A DNA stretch of 30,386 nucleotides. It comes from Candidatus Methylomirabilota bacterium (GTDB lineage Bacteria > Methylomirabilota > Methylomirabilia > Rokubacteriales > CSP1-6). The notes under the pieces are model-generated. The model was not told where the DNA came from. It saw nothing but the letters and a program-made list of their open reading frames with translations, and did not search any database. Positions 20,680-27,430 of this stretch are shown here, one piece after another (the first letter of the stretch is position 1; every line of letters starts with the position of its first letter). The position numbers and the translations under genes were made by a program. The stretch is taken from assembly GCA_046726415.1 (NCBI GenBank), contig JBKPAK010000025.1:1-30386 (forward strand), given 5' to 3'.

Positions 20680-21804
20680 ATGAGAAGAACGTCGTCCTGC
20701 ATCGCCTGGCTGGTCGGGGTCCTGATCGCCATGGCCGCCCTCACGGGGCTCGCGAGCGCCCAGGCCCCCATCGAGGGCGAGCTGGCGCTCATCACGCCCG
20801 TTTCGAAGTTCATTCACGACGCCGCCCTCAAGGCGTTCGCGGATTACGCGAAGGAGAAGTGGAACGTCAGCGTGAAGGTGAGCGCCATCCCCGCTGGGAC
20901 GCCGGTGGCGTACGGCCGCATCGTGGAGTGGAAGGGCAAGCCCGAAGCCGACATCTTTTGGGGCGGCGAATCGGCGCTGTTCGAAAAGCTGGCCGACCAG
21001 AAGCTGCTCCAGAAGGTGGAGATCGCGCGCGAGGCCTGGGACTCGATTCCGGCCGCCATTGGCAAGCCCAGGCCCATCCCGCTGAAGGACAAGGACGGCT
21101 ACTGGGTGGGCACGGCGCTGGAGCCGTACGGGCTCGTCTACAATCCCAAGAAGATTCAGCGACTCGGGGTGGCCCCGCTCCAGGACTGGAACGATCTTCT
21201 CAATCCCAAGCTCCAGGGCGAGGTAGCGCAATGTGCGCCCACGCGCTCTTCGTCATCGAACGCGACCTACGAGGTCATGCTGTCCCTCCACGGCGAGGAG
21301 AAGGGCTGGGAATGGCTGAAGAAGCTGGCCGGCAATACGGGAATCTTCACCGCGCGCAGCCGTGACGTGCCCACGGTGGTGGCCAAGGGCGAGTTCGCGG
21401 CCGGATTCGCGGTGCCCTCGTACATGGCGTTCGAGGAGAAGCTGGCCGGCTTCGACATCAAGTTCGTGGCGCCCAAGTACGCGTTCGTAACCTCCGAGCC
21501 CATGACGATCCTGGCCGGCGCCCGCAACCCCAAGGCGGCCCGCGCCTTCATCGAGTTCCTGCTGAGCGAGCGGGGCCAGGGGGTGTTCATGGATCGGGGC
21601 CTGTTTCCCATCACGCCGAAGTACAAGGTCCAGGGGCCACCGGGCTCGACGGCGGAGATGGCCGTCGAGTTCACCGGAGGTGTGCGCTCGTACTTCGACG
21701 CCGAGGTCCTCAATGTCTACGACGAATCGCTAGCCGCCAAGCGCTCGGAGGCACTCAAGACGAAGTTCCGCTCGGACATCGAGGCCGTCTGGAAGAAACC
21801 CTGA
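20680..21804 (+). CDS. ABC substrate-binding protein, AfuA/FbpA-like family (substrate unknown)
   Basis: GAGGAG RBS, signal peptide ASA-QA, PEADIFWGG, GLVYN, WNDLLNP, PTRSSS, GWEWL, AARAFIEFLLS..GQ. Confidence 0.85.
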   Translation: MRRTSSCIAWLVGVLIAMAALTGLASAQAPIEGELALITPVSKFIHDAALKAFADYAKEKWNVSVKVSAIPAGTPVAYGRIVEWKGKPEADIFWGGESALFEKLADQKLLQKVEIAREAWDSIPAAIGKPRPIPLKDKDGYWVGTALEPYGLVYNPKKIQRLGVAPLQDWNDLLNPKLQGEVAQCAPTRSSSSNATYEVMLSLHGEEKGWEWLKKLAGNTGIFTARSRDVPTVVAKGEFAAGFAVPSYMAFEEKLAGFDIKFVAPKYAFVTSEPMTILAGARNPKAARAFIEFLLSERGQGVFMDRGLFPITPKYKVQGPPGSTAEMAVEFTGGVRSYFDAEVLNVYDESLAAKRSEALKTKFRSDIEAVWKKP

Positions 21805-21858
21805 GCGAACCGAACTGCGCGGACCGTGACCGGCAGGGGATGTCGGCCGGAGGACCGG

Positions 21859-22031
21859 GTTCGAGCGGCGGCTATGCCGCCGCCATCGGAGAAGAACTCC
21901 GGGCACTCCCGGTGGGGGGATGGGGCCGGGGATGTGGCAGTTCGAGCGGCGGCTATGCCGCCGCCATCGGAGAAGAACTCCGGGCACTCCCGGTGGGGGG
22001 TGTCGGGGGGAGCGGCGTCGCTCCCCCCGAC
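21859..22031. repeat. Palindromic repeat cassette: two identical 61-bp units plus a terminal 13-bp perfect hairpin
   Basis: 21859-21919 equals 21940-22000 with a 20-bp spacer. Each unit has gcggcggc-tat-gccgccgc and ccggg-cact-cccgg. Terminal hairpin gtcggggggagcg-gcgt-cgctccccccgac at 22002-22031. Confidence 0.92.
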
Positions 22032-22036
22032 GTTGA

Positions 22037-23098
22037 TTGACGATTAGGCTCCAGACGGTCACGAAGCGGTTCGGCGGGGTGACCGCCGTCGACCGCGTGT
22101 CTCTCGAGGTGGCCGACGGCGAGCTGTTCACCCTCCTCGGGCCCTCGGGCTGTGGGAAGACGACGCTCCTCCGAATGATGGCCGGCTTCTCCATCCCCGA
22201 CGCCGGGGAGATCTGGTTCGGAGACCGGCGGGTCGACGGGTTGCCGCCGTCGGAGCGGAACATCGGCATGGTGTTCCAGAACTACGCCCTCTGGCCCCAC
22301 ATGACCGTGCGCGGCAATGTCACCTATGGGCTCCGGGTGCGACGGCTTCCGTCCGCAGAGATCGAGGCGCGCCTGCGGGCCGGGCTCGGCAAGGTGAACC
22401 TGGCGGGCTTGGAGGATCGCTACCCCGGACAGCTCTCGGGTGGTCAGCAACAACGGGTCGCGCTAGCCCGGGCGCTCGTCCTCAACCCGCACATTCTGCT
22501 CCTCGACGAACCGCTCTCGAACCTCGATGCGAAGATCCGCGTCCAGGTGCGCACGGAGATCCGCAAGCTCCAGCGGGAGCTGGGCATCACGACCGTCTAC
22601 GTCACCCACGACCAGGAGGAGGCCCTCTCGCTCTCCGACCGCGTGGCCGTCATGCGCGATGGCCACGTGCTCCAGACGGCGGCCCCGAAGGCGCTGTACG
22701 AGCGGCCGGCCAGCCGTTTCGTGGCTGACTTCGTGGGGACCAACAACTTCCTGGTCGGGGTGGCGCGCGCGGGCTCCGGCGAGTGGCTGGCCGTGGACAC
22801 GGCGCTGGGGGTGGTGCGCGCGCGCCCCGCCGCCGGCGTCTGCCCCGGCGACCGCTGCCTGCTCGCCGTGCGCCCCGAGAACATCGGGCTGGGCCGGGCC
22901 GACGAGAACACGCTCGGTGGGCGCGTGGTGCTCGCCTCCTATCTCGGCAACACGCTTCGCTATGACATCGCGGTGGCCGGCGGCACCGTGCTCAAGGTCG
23001 ACGTGCGCGATCCCTGGCACCACGAACTGCTGCCCGTCGGCCGCGAGGTTTCCGTCAGCTTCCCAGCCTCGGCGACCCTGACCTTGCCCGATGAGTGA
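22037..23098 (+). CDS. ABC transporter ATP-binding protein (PotA/FbpC-like, TOBE domain)
   Basis: GPSGCGKT, VFQNYAL, LSGGQQQR, LLLDEPLSNLD, VTHDQEEA, FVADFVG. TTG start with an in-frame stop directly upstream. Confidence 0.93.
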   Translation: MTIRLQTVTKRFGGVTAVDRVSLEVADGELFTLLGPSGCGKTTLLRMMAGFSIPDAGEIWFGDRRVDGLPPSERNIGMVFQNYALWPHMTVRGNVTYGLRVRRLPSAEIEARLRAGLGKVNLAGLEDRYPGQLSGGQQQRVALARALVLNPHILLLDEPLSNLDAKIRVQVRTEIRKLQRELGITTVYVTHDQEEALSLSDRVAVMRDGHVLQTAAPKALYERPASRFVADFVGTNNFLVGVARAGSGEWLAVDTALGVVRARPAAGVCPGDRCLLAVRPENIGLGRADENTLGGRVVLASYLGNTLRYDIAVAGGTVLKVDVRDPWHHELLPVGREVSVSFPASATLTLPDE

Positions 23099-24797
23099 GG
23101 GAGCCGCCGCGGCCGCGGGGGCGCGTCGCCTCGGCATCCACGCCCTGCCGGCGCTCGGCGTCGCCGTCATCTGGGTCTTCCTCATCGTGTTCCTCGTCTA
23201 TCCGCTGGTCCGCATCTTTTACGACGCCGTCACCGACGAGGTGGGCCGGCTCACCCTGGCCAACCTCGTCGAATTCGCGGGGGACGCCTTCTACCGGCGG
23301 TCGCTCTGGAACTCGCTCGTCCTGGGCGTGGGCACGGTCATCAGCAGCTCCCTTCTGGGTTTCGCCATCGCGTTTGTGCTGGTGCGCTTCGAATTCCGGG
23401 GCCGCGCGCTCTTCAGCTACCTCACCCTCATTCCGATCATCTCGCCGCCGCTGGTCGGCGTGCTGGGCTTCACCTTCATCTTGGGCCGCGCGGGCACGGT
23501 GAATGTGCTGCTCATGGACGCCTTCGATCTCGCCAAGCCGTTCAATTTCGTCTACGGCCTGCACGGCGTCCTCCTCGTCGAGACCCTCCATCTCTTCCCG
23601 ATGATCACCCTCAATGTGGTGGACGCTCTGGGGAAGATCGACCCGTCGCTGGAGGAGGCGGCCGAGAGCGTGGGTGCGCGCGGCTGGCGCAAGCTCCGCA
23701 CCATCACCTTGCCCCTGACGACTCCGGGTTATGTGGCCGGCGCCTTGCTGGTCTTCATCTGGACGTTCTCGGACTTCGCCTCTCCGCTCGTTCTCGGCGT
23801 CCACGATCTCCTGGCCGCCCAGGCCTATCTCAACATCGTGCAGTTCGTGGACCGGCGCCTCTTTCGCATGGGCATCGTCATCTCGGCCATCATGGTGATG
23901 CTCGCCGTGGCCTTCCTGGTGGCGGCGCGACAGTACGTGGCCATCAAGGATTACTCGTCCCTGTCTTACTCGCGGATCGCTCGGCGCCGGCTGGCCCCGC
24001 TGGCTCAGGTTCTCGTGGTGGCCTTCCTGGGGGCGGTGACCTTGCTGGCCTTCATCCCCTACCTCGGCGTCGCCCTGGCCTCGGTGGGCAAGGGATGGGC
24101 CCTCACGCCCTTTCCCGAGCGCTATACGCTGCAGCACTTCGAGCGGGTCATCGTGGAGACGCCGAAGTATGTCCTGAACAGCTTTCTCTACGCCGGTCTG
24201 GCAGTGGTGCTGTGCATCGCGGTGGGCGTGCCCATCGCGTGGATCCTCGCGCGGACCCGGCTGCCCGGCCGCGACACCCTCGATGCCCTCAACACCCTGA
24301 TCCTGGCCATACCCGGCACGGCCGTCGGTATTGCCTACATCCGCGCCTTTCACGTCGAGCTGCCGGTCCTCGGCCGAGCTCTCACCGGTCTGTGGATCAT
24401 CCTGCCTCTCGTCCTCGCTGTTCGGCGCTTGCCCTATACCGTGCGAGGGTCGTACGCGTCGCTGCTCCTGGTGCACCGCTCGATGGAAGAGGCGGCCGCG
24501 GGGGTCGGTGCCTCGGCCCTGCGGTCCTTCCGCGATGTCACGCTCCCATTGATCTGGCGTGGGGTGCTCGTGGGAAGCCTCTTTTCGTTCATGACGTCGC
24601 TCCAGGAGGCTTCGGCCGTGCTGTTCCTGTCGCTCGGCGGGTGGGAGACGATCACGGTGGGGATCTTCTCGTTCTACATCGCGGGCAGCGCCAGCGAGGC
24701 GGCGGCCTTGGGGGTCATCCTGATCGGGGTGGCCGCCCTGAGTCTGGTTGTGATCAACCGCGTGGCCGGTGCCCGAATGGGAGGCATGTTCGGATAG
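23091..24797 (+). CDS. ABC permease, FbpB/AfuB-like (two fused TM domains)
   Basis: Two EAA loops (LEEAAESVGA, MEEAAAGVGA), DFASPL, PGTAVGIAY, RRLPY. Confidence 0.92.
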   Translation: MSEGAAAAAGARRLGIHALPALGVAVIWVFLIVFLVYPLVRIFYDAVTDEVGRLTLANLVEFAGDAFYRRSLWNSLVLGVGTVISSSLLGFAIAFVLVRFEFRGRALFSYLTLIPIISPPLVGVLGFTFILGRAGTVNVLLMDAFDLAKPFNFVYGLHGVLLVETLHLFPMITLNVVDALGKIDPSLEEAAESVGARGWRKLRTITLPLTTPGYVAGALLVFIWTFSDFASPLVLGVHDLLAAQAYLNIVQFVDRRLFRMGIVISAIMVMLAVAFLVAARQYVAIKDYSSLSYSRIARRRLAPLAQVLVVAFLGAVTLLAFIPYLGVALASVGKGWALTPFPERYTLQHFERVIVETPKYVLNSFLYAGLAVVLCIAVGVPIAWILARTRLPGRDTLDALNTLILAIPGTAVGIAYIRAFHVELPVLGRALTGLWIILPLVLAVRRLPYTVRGSYASLLLVHRSMEEAAAGVGASALRSFRDVTLPLIWRGVLVGSLFSFMTSLQEASAVLFLSLGGWETITVGIFSFYIAGSASEAAALGVILIGVAALSLVVINRVAGARMGGMFG

Positions 24798-24868
24798 GTC
24801 CTGCCCCCTGCGCGGAGTCTGAGGTCTAAGGCCCCAAAGTGTCGTCTTTTCAGTGTGTTGAGCTTCTA

Positions 24869-24897
24869 TTGTGGCGGTCGTGGGGTTGTGCTAGTGT
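24869..24897 (+). promoter_or_regulatory. Promoter of the atp Fo operon (TTGTGG-17-TAGTGT with extended TG)
   Basis: The -10 ends 10 nt before ATG24908 and there is no SD. Confidence 0.5.
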
Positions 24898-24907
24898 CTT
24901 CGTTCAC

Positions 24908-25141
24908 ATGGCGCCAACCAGGGAGCCGTCGTCCTGGGGATCGCTCGGTGAACTCACCTCGATTGGGATGACCATGGTGTTGGCGACGGTCATCGGACTG
25001 GTCGCCGGCCACTACGCCGATCGGTGGCTGGGGACGAGCCCGTGGCTGATGCTGCTCGGCCTTGCGCTCGGGATCGCCGCCGGCTTCGTGAGCCTATTTC
25101 GCACCGCTAGGGCAGCCGAACGAAGGATGAATGACCCATGA
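24908..25141 (+). CDS. atpZ: AtpZ/AtpI family ATP synthase protein
   Basis: IG..G.YADRWLGTSPW..L.GL.LG..AGF pattern, first gene before atpB. Confidence 0.85.
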   Translation: MAPTREPSSWGSLGELTSIGMTMVLATVIGLVAGHYADRWLGTSPWLMLLGLALGIAAGFVSLFRTARAAERRMNDP

Positions 25142-25500
25142 ACCCGAAGGAGCTGACCGCCCGCGTGACCTGGGAGAGCGGCGCCGTCGTAGTCCTTCTC
25201 GCTCTGGGGGCGGGCCTGGTCGGGGGGGTGTCCGCGGCGGTTGGAATTGGCGCCGGCGGCGCGCTGGCCATCTCCCACTTTCGCTGGCTTGCGGGGCGCG
25301 TCGTGGCCGTTCTGAATGGCGCGCCGTCGCCCGGTGGGTGGATCCTCGGTCTGTGGCTCCGCCTGGTTGCTTTGGCGTCGATCACCGCGGGTCTCTTGCT
25401 GAGTGGATGGGCCCATCCCGTCGGTGTGGTGGTCGGGCTCACCGTCCTGCCGTGTGATCTGGTCGTGCGCGGCCTCGTTCAGGCCAGCGCGCCGAGTTGA
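25138..25500 (+). CDS. atpI: ATP synthase protein I
   Basis: About four hydrophobic segments, ATGA overlap, position between atpZ and atpB. Confidence 0.7.
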   Translation: MNPKELTARVTWESGAVVVLLALGAGLVGGVSAAVGIGAGGALAISHFRWLAGRVVAVLNGAPSPGGWILGLWLRLVALASITAGLLLSGWAHPVGVVVGLTVLPCDLVVRGLVQASAPS

Positions 25501-25503
25501 CGA

Positions 25504-26292
25504 ATGGGAGCGATCGAGCATCCCCCGATCTTCAGCCTGCCCGGGGTGCCCGACTACGTGACCTACTCGTGGCTGGTGATGATTCTCCTCGTCGCCGTGA
25601 GCTGGGTGGCCACCCGGCGGGCCGCTCTGGTTCCGTCGGGCGTGCAGAACATCATGGAGGTCGTGCTCGAGCAATTCAACGGGATGATCGACGACGTCAT
25701 CGGTCACGACGGACGCCGCTATCTGCCCCTCATCGCTACCCTCGGGCTCTTCATCCTCGTCGGCAACTTGATGAGCCTGATCCCCGGCCTGGAGCGCCCC
25801 ACCGCCAACCTGAACACCACCGCGGCCTGCGCCCTCGTGGTGTTCTTTGCCTACCACTACATCGGCATCAAGAGCCAGGGCCTGAAGAGCTACGCTCGTC
25901 ACTTCATGGGACCTGTGGTGTGGCTGGCGCCGCTGATGGTACCCATCGAGATCATCAGCCATCTGGCCCGTCCGCTGTCTCTCTCCCTGCGTCTGTTCGG
26001 TAACATGACCGGCGGCCACATCCTGCTGGCCATCATCTTCTTTCTCATGGGCCTGGATGGGCTCATCGGCTGGGCGCTCTCGGGGTCAGCGGGCGGGGTC
26101 GTGGTTGGCGGCCTCGGGGGGCTCATCATGATCGCGTTCACGGTCGGCTTTCTCTATCCGCTGAAGCTCCTGGTCTCGTTGCTCCAGGCCTTTATCTTCG
26201 TGATGCTGACAATGCTCTACATCGCCGGTGCGCTGGAACACGCTGAGGAGCACGAAGGGCATGTCGATCACCACACGGAGGCGTATCTCTAG
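25504..26292 (+). CDS. atpB: F0F1 ATP synthase subunit a
   Basis: [60 protein letters not shown]. Confidence 0.97.
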   Translation: MGAIEHPPIFSLPGVPDYVTYSWLVMILLVAVSWVATRRAALVPSGVQNIMEVVLEQFNGMIDDVIGHDGRRYLPLIATLGLFILVGNLMSLIPGLERPTANLNTTAACALVVFFAYHYIGIKSQGLKSYARHFMGPVVWLAPLMVPIEIISHLARPLSLSLRLFGNMTGGHILLAIIFFLMGLDGLIGWALSGSAGGVVVGGLGGLIMIAFTVGFLYPLKLLVSLLQAFIFVMLTMLYIAGALEHAEEHEGHVDHHTEAYL

Positions 26293-26320
26293 CACCGCAC
26301 ACGTACAGAGGAGGGCGGTC

Positions 26321-26641
26321 GTGCGACGTTCATTGATTCTGGCAGGGTTGGCAGTCCTCGGGATGCCCGGGGTTGCGGCAGCAGCGGACGCCGCGGGTGG
26401 CGGCTGGGTGGGACCGTTCGCCGTCCTCGCCGCCGGCTTCGCCTTGGGCTTGGCCGCTGGGCTGTGCGGGCTGGGGCAGGGCAAAGCCATCGCGTCGTCG
26501 GTCGACGCCATGGCGCGGCAGCCAGGCGCCGCCGCGCGGATTCAGACGGCGATGATCATCGGTCTGGCGCTGATCGAGTCACTGACGATCTACGTCCTGG
26601 TCGTGGCGATGATCCTCTTGTTCGTGCAGCCCGTTAAGTAG
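26321..26641 (+). CDS. atpE: F0F1 ATP synthase subunit c with N-terminal signal-like extension
   Basis: GAGGAGG RBS and GTG. GLGQG, ARQP loop, [12 protein letters not shown] with the essential Glu. Confidence 0.95.
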   Translation: MRRSLILAGLAVLGMPGVAAAADAAGGGWVGPFAVLAAGFALGLAAGLCGLGQGKAIASSVDAMARQPGAAARIQTAMIIGLALIESLTIYVLVVAMILLFVQPVK

Positions 26642-26649
26642 CGACCCTG

Positions 26650-26683
26650 GCCCGCCGGCCGCCTCCACGAGGGGCCGGCGGGC
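26650..26683 (+). terminator. GC-rich hairpin between atpE and rex (no U-tract; mRNA stabiliser or partial terminator)
   Basis: gcccgccggcc...ggccggcgggc 11-bp stem plus inner cctc/gagg. Confidence 0.55.
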
Positions 26684-26695
26684 GTCAACCGTCGC

Positions 26696-27346
26696 ATGGC
26701 GCCGCGGTCCGGTTACCGATACACGAAGATTCCCGAGATGACGATCCGGCGTCTGTCCATCTACACGCGGTGCCTTCAGCAGCTCGAGGAGGACGGGGTG
26801 AAGACCGTCTCCTCACAGGATCTCGCCGAGCGCTTCAACCTCAATTCCGCGCAGGTGCGGAAGGACCTCGCCTACTTCGGGGAGTTCGGCGTCCGGGGCA
26901 TCGGCTACTACGTCGCCGGTCTCAAGGCCGAACTCTCGCGCATCCTCGGGCTCGACCGCGACTGGCCGCTGGCCCTGGTGGGGTTCGGCAATCTGGGCTC
27001 CGCGTTGTTCCACTATCGGGGATTCACTCGCCAGGGATTTCGCATCGCCGTGATCTTCGATGACAATCCCGCCAAGATCGGGCGTAGCGTGGATGGGGTT
27101 CCCATCCTGAGCACGCACGACATGGCGCGGGAGCTGAAGGCGCGCGGTGTCCAGATCGGCATGGTGGCGGTGCCAGCGGACGGAGCCCAGGCGGTGACGG
27201 ACCAGCTCGTCGCGGCCGGCGTTCGGGCGGTGCTCAACTTCGCTCCGGCCCGCCTGCGCGTGGCGCGTGACGTTCGGCTGAAGAACGTCGATCTGTCCAT
27301 CGAGCTCGAGAGCCTCAGCTTCTATCTGGCCAAGGACACCCGCTAG
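26696..27346 (+). CDS. rex: Redox-sensing transcriptional repressor Rex
   Basis: IP..TIRRLSIY, VSS.DLA, SAQVRKDLAYFGEFGVRGIGY, GFGNLG.AL, LNFAP. Confidence 0.97.
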   Translation: MAPRSGYRYTKIPEMTIRRLSIYTRCLQQLEEDGVKTVSSQDLAERFNLNSAQVRKDLAYFGEFGVRGIGYYVAGLKAELSRILGLDRDWPLALVGFGNLGSALFHYRGFTRQGFRIAVIFDDNPAKIGRSVDGVPILSTHDMARELKARGVQIGMVAVPADGAQAVTDQLVAAGVRAVLNFAPARLRVARDVRLKNVDLSIELESLSFYLAKDTR

Positions 27347-27364
27347 CGGGGAGCATGTCGGAGA

Positions 27365-27405
27365 ATCGAGGAGCGCTGTCGTCGGCGGGCGCTCCGAGCG
27401 TTGGG
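27365..27405 (-). repeat. Diverged copy of the REP-like element at 138-183
   Basis: Reverse complement cccaacgctcggagcgcccgccgacgacagcgctcctcgat vs cccaacgctcggcgcgcccccagcggagccggggtgctcctcgat. Flanks and stem are kept, the loop differs. Confidence 0.75.
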
Positions 27406-27430
27406 CAACGACGAGGCAGACTACAGACGC

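Noticed and set aside
14675..21231. Long antisense ORFs (590, 527 and 526 aa, and similar ones opposite mfd, atpB and rex)
   Set aside because: These are typical high-GC shadow frames opposite well-supported genes.
21859..22000. Possible mini-CRISPR (repeat-spacer-repeat)
   Set aside because: Only two units. A 61-bp repeat with a 20-bp spacer is outside CRISPR geometry, and no cas genes are present.
26230..26292. His-rich tail of AtpB as a novel metal site
   Set aside because: Short His/Glu-rich C-termini are common in subunit a.
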